Assembly (NCBI GenBank): GCA_965602015.1
Contig: OZ271918.1
Coordinates: 3,168,001-3,232,000, forward strand
Direction of reading: 5' to 3'
Length of the DNA: 64,000 bases
Source of the DNA: Salinispira sp.
GTDB taxonomy: Bacteria; Spirochaetota; Spirochaetia; DSM-27196; Salinispiraceae
Part shown: one piece after another, positions 7,807-17,695 of the stretch
Numbering within the stretch: the first letter of the stretch is position 1
Layout: the number at the start of each line of letters is the position of its first letter
The notes under the pieces: generated by a model
The model's input: only the letters and a program-made list of their open reading frames with translations
Told to the model about the DNA's origin: nothing
Databases searched by the model: none
Position numbers and translations under genes: made by a program

Positions 7807-9912
7807 TCAGAGGATATCCCCTGAACCCTCCTCCTCGGAGAGCAGAACCGTGGGATCCCGCTGCTCGCTGTTCTGCGCGCTTATGTCCGTAATCCGGTCG
7901 ATGTAGAACAGGGCGGCGGGATCCTCGCCGTGAAACTCGTTATAAAGGGCAAACTTGGATCCTGCCTCGGCAAAATCTCCCGTGAGATAGCTATCCAACG
8001 CCGATTCGAACATCGTCAGGGCATTGCCTCCCCGTCGGTCGCCCGGGGCCAGCACTTCGAAAATGGCCACCGGCTTATCCTTGCCCTTGACCCTGATCCG
8101 CCCCAGTTTGCGGAATTCGAAGAACCGGGATTCCGGACAGGACCGGGCGACATCCGAACTGATAATAACATCGCTTCCGAATACCTTGGTTAGCTGTTCC
8201 AGCCGGGAGGCCAAGTTCACCGTATCTGAAATTACCGTGCCCTCCAGCCGATGTTCTTCGCCGATGGTTCCGAGCATGAGTTTGCCTCGATTTATACCAA
8301 TTCCGACCCGTATCTCCCGGTATCCCGCATTTTTCCGGCCCAGGTTGTACTCGTCGAGGGTCTGTAAAAGGGCTGAGGCGGCATTCAGAGCATCGGACGG
8401 ATTGCCGGGAAACAGGGCCATAATTCCGTCGCCGATGTACTTATCGATAAAGCCGTTGTTTTCCCGGATCACTGGGCTGATCCGTCCCAAATAGCTGTTG
8501 ATGAAGTTGAAATTCTCGCCGGGGTTCATTTTTTCAGAAAGACTGGTGAACTGCCGTATATCGCAGAACATGACTGCCATGTCCAGCTCGACCTGATCTC
8601 CGAGCTGGATGTGAAGGATTGATTCCTTGTTCAACATTTTGAGGAATTCCCGGGGAACGAAACGGGAAAATGAATTTGCCATTAGGTGCATTTCCGAGGA
8701 AAAGCGTTCCGAGAGCTGAAAAGCCCTGGTGAAATTCTGGGATATCAGGAAGGCCTGGAGGAAGGTAAAGACGAACAATCCGTAGGAAGAGAGAAACATG
8801 CCGTTTGAACCCACGAGGTCGTAAATAATATCATTCACCACCGCAGCAACAATTAATACAATTCCGGCCAGCATCACTCCGGCCCCGCTTTTACGGTCCC
8901 TCAGCGCGCGAAAAAGGTAATAGATGAGAAGCCCGCCCTCGATAATCAGGAGAATTTCAAAGGCGATATGAAAGGGTATGTGCGCAGGTATGCTCAGAAA
9001 CAGCGCCATGACGCTGTATATCGGAACCAGCCAGGTCAAAAGCCTGCTGAACCAGCGAATCTCGTAATCCCCGTACAGGCTGGTTATGAAGCCGTTGAGG
9101 CACAATGCCGCAATGTAGACCGTAATGATTTCGATATCGATCAAAAGCCCCAAGGATATACCGGGCACAATGTCATGGAGAAAGCGCGCGGCGGTCAGGC
9201 CGCCTCTGATCGCCAGAGAAAGGGTAAACAGCCCGAAATACAGGGGGCTTTTTTCAGAACGCCGGAGATAATACAGACCCAGGTGATAGACGGCCATGAT
9301 CAGCAGGGCCCCGAAAATGAACAGGTCCAGCATCCTCAATGCGTAGGCCGCAGCGCTGACCCGGGCATCATCCCCCAAAAGGGGTGCATGGCGAAACCCG
9401 GCGTTAACGTCATGGTGATTTGAAACGTGAAAGAGGATTTCCAGCTCCCGGGAATCCGGGGTGAAGTAGAGGGTACGCATACGAAAACTTCCCCGCTCGT
9501 CCTCCGCCCGCAACGCGGGCTTGCCGTTCTCCAGCATGAGCCGGCCGTTCACATACACCCGGTAGGCATACATCACATCGCGCAACTGGAGACCGACGGT
9601 CAGACCGGAGGCTAAAAGGTCCTCACTGAGCTCAAAATGCCTCACATAGCTCCCGTATCCAAAGCGGGGAAAGCCATCTGCATCCCAAAAACCGCCCGCA
9701 AGTTCTGCGGCCCGGGAATCATCAGCCTGATAGCGCTCAGTCCATTGGACCGGATCGATAAACTCCTGCCAGTAAAAATCCCAGGAGCCTTCAAGCCGGA
9801 TTCCCTCGCGAAGTTCCGCAGCGCCTATGCTCGTCTGGGCGGCCAGCCCCGTTGCTGCAAAAAAAAGAGAAACCATGACTGCCAAGCAGAATGTTGCGCG
9901 GGCGCTGTGCAT
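7807..9912 (-). CDS. Class III adenylate cyclase with extracellular sugar-binding-like domain and 7TM-DISM region
   Basis: Signal peptide, LEGSWDFYWQEF GH2-like sensor domain, seven TM helices, MFCDIRQFT, IDKYIGDGIMA, TVISDTVNLASRLE. Confidence 0.9.
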   Translation of the reverse strand: MHSARATFCLAVMVSLFFAATGLAAQTSIGAAELREGIRLEGSWDFYWQEFIDPVQWTERYQADDSRAAELAGGFWDADGFPRFGYGSYVRHFELSEDLLASGLTVGLQLRDVMYAYRVYVNGRLMLENGKPALRAEDERGSFRMRTLYFTPDSRELEILFHVSNHHDVNAGFRHAPLLGDDARVSAAAYALRMLDLFIFGALLIMAVYHLGLYYLRRSEKSPLYFGLFTLSLAIRGGLTAARFLHDIVPGISLGLLIDIEIITVYIAALCLNGFITSLYGDYEIRWFSRLLTWLVPIYSVMALFLSIPAHIPFHIAFEILLIIEGGLLIYYLFRALRDRKSGAGVMLAGIVLIVAAVVNDIIYDLVGSNGMFLSSYGLFVFTFLQAFLISQNFTRAFQLSERFSSEMHLMANSFSRFVPREFLKMLNKESILHIQLGDQVELDMAVMFCDIRQFTSLSEKMNPGENFNFINSYLGRISPVIRENNGFIDKYIGDGIMALFPGNPSDALNAASALLQTLDEYNLGRKNAGYREIRVGIGINRGKLMLGTIGEEHRLEGTVISDTVNLASRLEQLTKVFGSDVIISSDVARSCPESRFFEFRKLGRIRVKGKDKPVAIFEVLAPGDRRGGNALTMFESALDSYLTGDFAEAGSKFALYNEFHGEDPAALFYIDRITDISAQNSEQRDPTVLLSEEEGSGDIL

Positions 9913-9968
9913 AATTCAATAGTATGATGCGTCGGGTAGTGATTATCCAGGTTTAAACCCGCCGGCCA

Positions 9969-9995
9969 GTCACTATATGTCACAGGATGTCACAG
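9969..9995. promoter_or_regulatory. Triple direct repeat (GTCAC, 10-bp period) between cyclase and aspS
   Basis: GTCAC at 9969, 9979 and 9989; ATGTCACAG is repeated exactly twice. Confidence 0.45.
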
Positions 9996-10033
9996 CTTGA
10001 ATCGTAATTCACTATAATGATAGGCTCTCACCC

Positions 10034-11824
10034 ATGGAAGCACATAAAAGAACTCACACCTGCGGGGAATTGACCGCCGCTCACGCAGGAGAAACCGTAA
10101 CCCTGAACGGCTGGGTCCATCGAAACCGGAACCACGGCGGCGTTCACTTCATAAACCTCAGAGACCGCTACGGCATTACCCAGGTGGTTATCGATGAAGA
10201 CGCATCGGCGGAGTTGCTCGCTACTGCCGAATCGCTAAAATACGAGTACTGCATCGCCGTTGAAGGTGTTGTGCGCACGCGCCCGGATTCCATGGTTAAC
10301 TCCGAGATGGCCACCGGCGAAATTGAGCTTGCCGCCGCTGCGATCCACATTCTGACCCGCAGCGAAACTCTACCGTTCATGATAGACGAGCGCAGCGAAA
10401 CCAATGAGGATCTTCGGCTCAAGTACCGCTACCTCGACCTTCGCTCTTTTTCAATGCAGCGAAAAATAAAACTGCGGGCAGATGTGAGTTACCGGGTACG
10501 GGAGTTTCTGGGAAACCAGGGATTTCTTGAAATCGAAACACCCACCATGATTCGCTCCACCCCTGAAGGTGCGCGGGACTTTCTCATTCCCAGTCGCCTG
10601 CATCCCGGCAGCTTCTACGCAATGCCCCAGAGCCCCCAGCTCTTCAAGCAAATCCTCATGGTCTCGGGCTTCGACAAGTATTTCCAGCTCGCCCACTGCT
10701 TCCGCGACGAAGATTTACGGGGCGACCGTCAGCCTGAGCATACCCAAATAGATATCGAAATGAGTTTCGTCGATCAGGACGATGTGTTCAGCCTCATCGA
10801 GGGAATGATGAGCCATATTTTTACGCACACCATGGATATGGAAATTCCCACTCCGTTTCCCCGCATACCCTATGACGAAGCCATGAACCTATACGGTTCC
10901 GACAAGCCGGATCTCCGATTCGAGATGGCCATGCAGGATTTTACCCGCTTTGCCGCCGGCAGCGGTTTTGTCGTTTTTGAATCAGTGGCGGAATCCGGGG
11001 GCAGCATCAAGGTTCTCGTTGCCCCGGGGGCTGCGGAATACAGCCGAAAACAGATTGGCGAACTGGAAGAGAGCGCGAAAACCTACGGCGCAAAAGGCCT
11101 GGCATGGACCAAGGTAAATGACGCGGGAGAACTGGAGGGCGGCATCGGAAAGTTCTTCAGTGAGCGATCCGCGGATATCACCTCCGAGCTAGGGGCCCGC
11201 AGCGGTGACCTGCTGCTTTTCGTCGCAGACCGCTGGAGCACCGCGTGTACCGCATTAGGTGCAGTCCGAAAACGCCTGGGCGTCGAACTGGGCCTGGTAA
11301 AAACCGAACCCGGCAGTCCCGGAGATTTTTCCTTTGCCTGGATCGTCGACTTTCCCCTTTTCGAATATGATGAGGAAAATGGGAAGTGGGAGGCAGCGCA
11401 CCACATGTTCACCATGCCCCAGGAGCGTTTCCTGGAAAGCCTGGAGACTGATCCCGGCGCGGTAAAAGGCGCGCTGTACGACCTGGTGTGCAACGGCGTC
11501 GAGCTGGCCTCCGGATCAATAAGGATTAACGATCCGGAGCTTCAGCAGCGGATTTTTAACGTCGTCGGATTCGACCCCGAGGAGGCCCAGCGCCGTTTCG
11601 GTTTTCTGATGAACGCGTTCCGCTACGGCGCCCCGCCCCACGGCGGCATCGCACCGGGGCTTGACCGCCTGGTAATGCTTATGTCCGGTGAAAGCACCAT
11701 ACGGGAGGTTATCGCCTTCCCGAAAAATACCGCCGGCGTCAGCCCAATGGACGATTCACCGTCTCCGGTTGATGAATCCCAACTGGCCGAACTCGGCCTG
11801 AGGCTGTTGCCTAAAGAAGACTAA
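10034..11824 (+). CDS. aspS: Aspartate--tRNA ligase (possibly non-discriminating)
   Basis: RTHTCGEL, FRDEDLRGDRQPE, GAPPHGGIAPGLDRL, IREVIAFPK. His in RNHGG. Confidence 0.98.
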   Translation: MEAHKRTHTCGELTAAHAGETVTLNGWVHRNRNHGGVHFINLRDRYGITQVVIDEDASAELLATAESLKYEYCIAVEGVVRTRPDSMVNSEMATGEIELAAAAIHILTRSETLPFMIDERSETNEDLRLKYRYLDLRSFSMQRKIKLRADVSYRVREFLGNQGFLEIETPTMIRSTPEGARDFLIPSRLHPGSFYAMPQSPQLFKQILMVSGFDKYFQLAHCFRDEDLRGDRQPEHTQIDIEMSFVDQDDVFSLIEGMMSHIFTHTMDMEIPTPFPRIPYDEAMNLYGSDKPDLRFEMAMQDFTRFAAGSGFVVFESVAESGGSIKVLVAPGAAEYSRKQIGELEESAKTYGAKGLAWTKVNDAGELEGGIGKFFSERSADITSELGARSGDLLLFVADRWSTACTALGAVRKRLGVELGLVKTEPGSPGDFSFAWIVDFPLFEYDEENGKWEAAHHMFTMPQERFLESLETDPGAVKGALYDLVCNGVELASGSIRINDPELQQRIFNVVGFDPEEAQRRFGFLMNAFRYGAPPHGGIAPGLDRLVMLMSGESTIREVIAFPKNTAGVSPMDDSPSPVDESQLAELGLRLLPKED

Positions 11825-11926
11825 ACACTCCATCAACACAGTGCATGAACTGCTTCACGCGCCGGCAAATCCCGCAGGCTGGCGTTTTCATCATCCCGCT
11901 GATGAGAAGCAGCCTGAGGAGGCATC

Positions 11927-13093
11927 ATGTTCACCATAAAGACACTTAACGCTATATCCCCCAAGGGGCTGTCCCTGCTCGAACAGGACACATTTAATCT
12001 GGACGACAACGCCGCAGATCCCGACGGCATTATCCTTCGGTCCTACAAAATGCACGGCATGCCGATAAACCGCGGCCTACTGGCAGTTGCCCGGGCCGGC
12101 GCCGGTGTCAATAACATACCGGTTGATGAGTACAGCAACAAAGGCATTGTCGTTTTCAACACCCCCGGGGCGAATGCCAACTCGGTCAAGGAACTGGTCA
12201 TTTCCGGAATGCTGCTTTCGAGCCGGAAGATAATCGATGGGGTCAACTGGACCCGGGAACTGGTCGGCAAGGATGATGTTGAGAAGACCGTCGAAAGCGG
12301 CAAGAAAGACTACGCCGGACCGGAAATCATGGGCAAGCGCCTGGCAGTCGTCGGCTTAGGCGCCATCGGCGTGATGGTTGCCAATGCGGCTAACGATCTC
12401 GGCATGGAGGTCATCGGTTTCGACCCCTATATTTCCGTCGAGAGCGCCTGGGGTCTTCACGCAAACGTCAAGCGCGCCGGGAGCATTGAACAGGCCGTCG
12501 GCGATTGCGATTTTATCAGCCTACACGTGCCGCTGATGGACAACACAAAAGGCATGATCAACAAGGGCCTTATCTCCCGCATGAAAAAAGGCGTTCGTAT
12601 CCTCAACTTCGCCCGGGGTCCGCTGGTGAACGACTCGGACATTATCGAAGCCCTCCGAAGCGGACAAATATCCCGATACATAACCGACTTCCCCAACGAA
12701 GAGCTTCTGGCTAACGACCATGTTATTCCCATTCCCCATCTGGGAGCATCCACCCCGGAGGCCGAAGAAAATTGCGCAATTATGGCCGCAAAGCAAATTT
12801 CCAATTATCTTGAGAGCGGAAACATCGTCAATTCGGTTAACTTCCCCCGAATTGAGATGGAATTTACCACTACCGTACGGCTTCTCATTCTGAATCGCAA
12901 CATACCGGCAATGGTGGGTCAGATTACCAGCATCCTCGCCGAAGAAAAGATCAATATCGCCGATATGATCAACAAACATCGGGGAGATGTGGCCTGCACC
13001 ATCATCGATATCGACGGTGATATTTCAGATGAGAGTCTGTCACGGGTTGAAAATATCGAAGGAGTCATCCGCGCACGGGTAATCCGCCGTTGA
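11927..13093 (+). CDS. serA: D-3-phosphoglycerate dehydrogenase with C-terminal ACT domain
   Basis: ARAGAGVNNIP, NTPGANANSVKE, GLGAIG, PHLGASTPEAEENC, ACT-like C terminus. Confidence 0.92.
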   Translation: MFTIKTLNAISPKGLSLLEQDTFNLDDNAADPDGIILRSYKMHGMPINRGLLAVARAGAGVNNIPVDEYSNKGIVVFNTPGANANSVKELVISGMLLSSRKIIDGVNWTRELVGKDDVEKTVESGKKDYAGPEIMGKRLAVVGLGAIGVMVANAANDLGMEVIGFDPYISVESAWGLHANVKRAGSIEQAVGDCDFISLHVPLMDNTKGMINKGLISRMKKGVRILNFARGPLVNDSDIIEALRSGQISRYITDFPNEELLANDHVIPIPHLGASTPEAEENCAIMAAKQISNYLESGNIVNSVNFPRIEMEFTTTVRLLILNRNIPAMVGQITSILAEEKINIADMINKHRGDVACTIIDIDGDISDESLSRVENIEGVIRARVIRR

Positions 13094-13133
13094 GGCGGTG
13101 AATTGGGCGGTGACCTGAGGAGCGATAGGCAGT

Positions 13134-14234
13134 ATGAAAAACCATTGGTCAGCAGTTTTGGCAGCGCTGCTCTTGCTTACCCTGCCGGCATGCAACGGCA
13201 CGGCGCAGCCCACGGACAGCAACAGCCCGGCAGAGCGCAACAGCGCTGCGCCGGATACACAGAATGAAACAGGAGTATTTTCTATGGATAACTACCCCGA
13301 CGGGCTCTATGCCCAAATGGATACCAGCAAGGGCTCAATCCTTTTAGAGCTGGAGTACGAAAAGGTCCCATTGACCGTCATCAACTTTGTCGGCCTCGCC
13401 GAGGGCACCTTGAATCACAATAAGGACGAGGGAGCCCGGTTTTACGACGGCCTGACCTTTCACCGGGTCATAGACGATTTTATGGTGCAGGGAGGCGATC
13501 CCGAAGGCAGCGGCAGAGGCGGTCCGGGTTACCGCTTTCCCGACGAATTCGACGTGTCACTGGTTCACGACGGACCGGGAATCCTTTCCATGGCTAATGC
13601 CGGCCCGGATACCAACGGAAGCCAGTTTTTTATCACCCACAAAGAAACCCCCTGGCTTGATTACAAGCACGCGGTATTCGGCCGGGTTCTTGAGGGCATG
13701 GACGTCGTTAATGATATCGCCCAGGGCGATGTGCTGGAGAGCGTAACCATCATCCGCAAGGGCAGTGATGCGGAAAACTTCACTGCAGATCAGCAGGCGT
13801 TCGAAGCCGCCCTTGCGGCAAATCCTGAGCGCCAGCAGGCATTTGACGAGGCAAAGACTGCTTCCGAAGAGCAACAGGCCGCAAGCCTCATTCCCAATGC
13901 CCAAAAAACCGACAGTGGCATTTTCTACCGGATAACCCAGGAAGGAAGCGGCGCCCAGCCCAACGCCGGCGACTCGGTGAGCATTAATTACACCGGAGCA
14001 TTTCTAAGCGGCCAGGTTTTTGACAGTTCGGAAGGCCGTGGGCCCCTCGAAGTGGAAATCGGCGTGGGCCGACTTATTCCCGGCTGGGATGAAATCGTGC
14101 TTCTTATGAAGAAAGGCGAAAAACGGGTTGTGGTTATTCCCCCTGCCCTGGCATACGGTGAGCGGGGTGCGGGCAATGTTATTCCTCCGAACGCATGGCT
14201 CTATTTTGAAATAGAACTGCTCGAAGTCAAGTAG
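13134..14234 (+). CDS. Dual cyclophilin + FKBP peptidyl-prolyl isomerase with lipoprotein signal
   Basis: Lipobox LPAC. Cyclophilin motifs [15 protein letters not shown] and [21 protein letters not shown] motifs [21 protein letters not shown] and IPPALAYG. Confidence 0.93.
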   Translation: MKNHWSAVLAALLLLTLPACNGTAQPTDSNSPAERNSAAPDTQNETGVFSMDNYPDGLYAQMDTSKGSILLELEYEKVPLTVINFVGLAEGTLNHNKDEGARFYDGLTFHRVIDDFMVQGGDPEGSGRGGPGYRFPDEFDVSLVHDGPGILSMANAGPDTNGSQFFITHKETPWLDYKHAVFGRVLEGMDVVNDIAQGDVLESVTIIRKGSDAENFTADQQAFEAALAANPERQQAFDEAKTASEEQQAASLIPNAQKTDSGIFYRITQEGSGAQPNAGDSVSINYTGAFLSGQVFDSSEGRGPLEVEIGVGRLIPGWDEIVLLMKKGEKRVVVIPPALAYGERGAGNVIPPNAWLYFEIELLEVK

Positions 14235-14253
14235 GGGTACGTTCCCCGGCATA

Positions 14254-14279
14254 GCCCCCGCTGTCGCGGGGGTTTTTTT
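14254..14279 (+). terminator. Intrinsic terminator after PPIase
   Basis: CCCCCGC-tgtc-GCGGGGG followed by T7. Confidence 0.85.
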
Positions 14280-14400
14280 ATGCTCAAGAAGCTTCTGTAT
14301 TATTTCCAATTTTTTCGTTATTTTCGGTTATTCATGGAAATATATTTTGATATTTCTATGATCTGCGATATAATACGATTCATATGGAAAGGGGTTGTGC

Positions 14401-15063
14401 ATGATAAAAAAATATCTACCCGCATTGTTTTTATTGTCCGTTTTGAGCGCGGCCTTTGCTCAGGAACTGCACCAGGGTATTTCCCTGGGCTATCAGGAAG
14501 ATATCGCCGGATATGTCAGTCTCGATGTGGAAAACCTCAATCAGGGCATACCGCTGAGCTTTGGCATTCGACTCGGTTACTCCTACCAGTTTGACAGCGG
14601 TAATGCAGAGGACGCCCGGAAGATTTTTATAAACGACAACACCGGCGGAACCATCCAGAAATTCGGCAGCAGCATCCTTCTGGCCGCCGATTTGCGTTAC
14701 CGCCTTTATCAAAATGAAAACCTGGCACTGCGGCTCTTCGGAGGCCCGCGAGGGGCTCTCTATCAGGCTCACTATGCTTATCTGGGAGACAATGAGGACT
14801 TCGATGTTCGTTCCAACCAGGGCGGCGCCGGGGCCGGCGTACAGGTTGTCATTCCAATAAATCAGCAGGCGAGCCTTACCATGTCGGCGGGTATCGACTA
14901 TTATTTTCCCGCTACCCTCCAGGGCCACGGGCAGTTCTTGTACAACCCCGAATCAATCGATGACAACCCGCGAAACGACTACGGCTGGGAAGATGCCGAT
15001 GCCGCGGTGAATCAGCCGGGAATATCCACTCCGGCGTACTTCGGCATTCGCTGGAAACTATAG
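14401..15063 (+). CDS. Small outer-membrane beta-barrel protein (TtoA-like)
   Basis: Signal peptide (SAAFA), amphipathic strands, C-terminal YFGIRWKL. Recalled resemblance to Thermus TtoA. Confidence 0.75.
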   Translation: MIKKYLPALFLLSVLSAAFAQELHQGISLGYQEDIAGYVSLDVENLNQGIPLSFGIRLGYSYQFDSGNAEDARKIFINDNTGGTIQKFGSSILLAADLRYRLYQNENLALRLFGGPRGALYQAHYAYLGDNEDFDVRSNQGGAGAGVQVVIPINQQASLTMSAGIDYYFPATLQGHGQFLYNPESIDDNPRNDYGWEDADAAVNQPGISTPAYFGIRWKL

Positions 15064-15088
15064 AGCAGCGTTTATTATCGCAAACGGA

Positions 15089-15868
15089 TCAGCGCGGCGG
15101 CTCCAGGCAGTCCATCGGGAAGTCCGCCACCGATTCAATTATCATATCCGGGCGATAGGGATATGCCTCCACCTGTTCGCGTCGGGTAACTCCGGATAGC
15201 ACCAGGCAGGTACTCATTCCAGCCTCCAGTCCGCCGACGATATCCGTATCCATGCGGTCCCCAATTACCAGAGTGTCATCCGGGTGGACACCGAGCTTCC
15301 TGGTGGCAATGGTCATCATAAGACTGTTCGGCTTACCGATAATGTAGGGCTTCGAACCGCTAGCGGTCTCGATTGCGCTCAGGATGCTGCCGCAGGCCGG
15401 TTCGAAACCGTCTTCAGTAGGATCAATAATATCCGGATTCGTTCCTATGAACCGGGCACCCCGCGAAATGAATTTCGCGGCGTTTTTCATGTGGGTAAAG
15501 GTAAAATCCGGGGTTTTTCCCACCACCACGAACTCCGGATCCTCTTCGGTCAATATAAATCCCGCGGCATCAAGTTCAAAAATCAATCCCGGCTCCCCAA
15601 TTGCATACACCCGGGCGCCGGGGCATTGCTGGCTGAGGAATAACGCCGTGGCCATGGCTGAGGTAATAAAATCGCCGGCTTCCAAACCGTAAATTCCCCG
15701 GGCCTCAAGCTTCGCTTTCAGGTCGTTTGGCACAAGTCCAGAGTTGTTCGTGAGAAAGAGGAATGGAATGTTGGCAGACCTCAAATTGCCGATGAACTCA
15801 TTCGCTCCGGGAATCAATGCGCTTCCCCGGTAAATCACGCCGTCCATGTCCGAAATTACACTTTTCAT
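15089..15868 (-). CDS. HAD-IIA family hydrolase (NagD-like)
   Basis: DMDGVIY, LTNNS, IGKP, IGDRMDTDI, VLSGVT. Confidence 0.93.
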   Translation of the reverse strand: MKSVISDMDGVIYRGSALIPGANEFIGNLRSANIPFLFLTNNSGLVPNDLKAKLEARGIYGLEAGDFITSAMATALFLSQQCPGARVYAIGEPGLIFELDAAGFILTEEDPEFVVVGKTPDFTFTHMKNAAKFISRGARFIGTNPDIIDPTEDGFEPACGSILSAIETASGSKPYIIGKPNSLMMTIATRKLGVHPDDTLVIGDRMDTDIVGGLEAGMSTCLVLSGVTRREQVEAYPYRPDMIIESVADFPMDCLEPPR

Positions 15869-15913
15869 ATGTGAGGATTATAGCCATTCACCGCATTCTC
15901 AGAAAGTCGGAAC

Positions 15914-15961
15914 GCTGTGAAATAGTGTAACAGTTGATCGACTGTTACGAAATTACACAGC
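15914..15961. promoter_or_regulatory. Tandem bEBP enhancer sites (2x cTGT-N11-ACAg)
   Basis: TGTGAAATAGTGTAACA (15916-15932) and TGTTACGAAATTACACA (15943-15959) form a larger inverted repeat about 135-180 bp upstream of the predicted sigma54 start. Confidence 0.7.
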
Positions 15962-16066
15962 CGCTATCCATTCCGTTGAGGGTCCCAGCCCTTCACTATT
16001 GGTGAAACCGACTACAAAATGTCCGATTTACCTGCTTTTTTCCCATTTTTTCACCCTCGCTTAAAA

Positions 16067-16084
16067 TTGGCACGGAACCTGCAT
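16067..16084 (+). promoter_or_regulatory. Sigma54 -24/-12 promoter of efflux operon
   Basis: TTGGCACGGAACCTGCAT, with GG (16069-70) and GC (16081-82) at the canonical spacing. Confidence 0.85.
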
Positions 16085-16094
16085 ATTGGTATCC

Positions 16095-17684
16095 ATGAAC
16101 CATAAAACCCCAATGCTTGGACTGCTTTTGTCTATCGTGATGAGTCTGGCCCAAGACCTTGCGGCCCAGGAGATTGTAGCCCAGGATACATCGGCCCGGG
16201 CGATTCCAACCCCGGCAAGCTCGACCCAGGATGCCGACGAAAAAGCGCAGGACTACGATTCGCTGCTCGCGATGTGGATGTCTTCAGATACTGATCTGGC
16301 CATTGCCGCGCTCAATCTGCAAAGCCAGGAGATTCAATTTTCCAGTGACCATACCGGCCTTGATAACAGTTGGTCCTTCGGACTCGGCGGCCCCCAGAGC
16401 GCCGGAGTGGAAATCCGGGAAAGCCCTTCGGGTGAAGGGCTCTATGCCGGCATCTCTCCCCGGGCGTCCCTTTTCATCGGCGATGAACACCAAAGCAGCG
16501 CTTCGATTTCCGCGCGGGTCAGCGGACACGGAACAGATCCCCTGACCGTTCAACCAGCCGTCAGTCTTGAGCACCGGCTTGATGATATCTTCCAGGCCGA
16601 CACGGCAGATCCCGATGAACTCGGCAGCCTGATATCCTTGTATCAGGCCAGGATACATTACCGGCAGGCGCAGGCGGACAGCGAAGGAGCGCTGCTCGCC
16701 CGGCTTGAAGACCTGTGGTCTCAGGTACTCCAGATTGAAGCTCAGGAGTTTTCCCTGGGTCTTCTCCAGGAGCAGAGGGCGGAAGCTGTTGATGTCCTGC
16801 TCTATTCTCCGGACAGCAGTTTTGTCTCTAATATTGATGCCCAGGTCTCGTCGGCAACCCGCCGCCTGGAGAGAAGCCGCGACCGTCTCAATCAGGATTT
16901 CGCCCATTTCACCGCGCTGAGCTCGGTGCCCGTGAACGCAGCGGTTCTGGAAGACCTTCTCAACGAAGCGGTTGAGCCGTATATCGGGGAAGGAAGTGAT
17001 TGGCTTGCAAAACCGGACTACCAGGTCCCTGAAACCCGCGCTTTTTCGGCATACCAACTCGAAGCCCTCAATCTCGATCTCGCCCGGCTTCGCCTGGAAA
17101 ACAGCATGGAGAAAGAAAAGGCCGATATAAACCTCGGGCTCTCCGCCGACGCAGCAATTACAGAACGCAGCTTTGAATCGGGAAATGTTTCCGGGGGAAT
17201 ATCGCTCAATCTGGGTCCCCGAATCAGCGGCAACCTCAGCCTCGGCTACCAATACGGCAATCAGGCTCAAGGAGTGGACGGGCCCTACCTGAGCGCGGGG
17301 CTGTCATGGTCGTCAAACCAGTTCCGCAGTGCGGAGGACCTGACCTTGAAGCAGCTCGAGACCCAGCTGCAGCGAAGCATCCTGATGCTTGAAAACACAG
17401 AAGACAGCATCGCCCAACTTCGCGTCTCGTATCAAAACCAGCTCGAATCCGCTACTGACGCAATACAGGACCGTATCGATGAACTACAGACCCTGAACCA
17501 GGAGGCAGCGGAACTACTGGAATCCCAAGGTTTGGGCGTGGCATCTCAAGATGATATCGATCAGATTGAGCATGAAATCAGGCAAACCGCCGGCGCACTG
17601 ATCAGCGGCGTCATAGAAGTCAAAAAACTGCTCAACGCAATCGCCCGGGACAGTCTTCCCGTTGGTACCGGCGGCGACCAGTAG
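16095..17684 (+). CDS. TolC-like outer-membrane efflux protein (divergent)
   Basis: Signal peptide and two repeats of long helices plus beta-strand segments. First gene of an MFP/ABC efflux operon. Confidence 0.7.
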   Translation: MNHKTPMLGLLLSIVMSLAQDLAAQEIVAQDTSARAIPTPASSTQDADEKAQDYDSLLAMWMSSDTDLAIAALNLQSQEIQFSSDHTGLDNSWSFGLGGPQSAGVEIRESPSGEGLYAGISPRASLFIGDEHQSSASISARVSGHGTDPLTVQPAVSLEHRLDDIFQADTADPDELGSLISLYQARIHYRQAQADSEGALLARLEDLWSQVLQIEAQEFSLGLLQEQRAEAVDVLLYSPDSSFVSNIDAQVSSATRRLERSRDRLNQDFAHFTALSSVPVNAAVLEDLLNEAVEPYIGEGSDWLAKPDYQVPETRAFSAYQLEALNLDLARLRLENSMEKEKADINLGLSADAAITERSFESGNVSGGISLNLGPRISGNLSLGYQYGNQAQGVDGPYLSAGLSWSSNQFRSAEDLTLKQLETQLQRSILMLENTEDSIAQLRVSYQNQLESATDAIQDRIDELQTLNQEAAELLESQGLGVASQDDIDQIEHEIRQTAGALISGVIEVKKLLNAIARDSLPVGTGGDQ

Positions 17685-17695
17685 GAGAAAGAACA

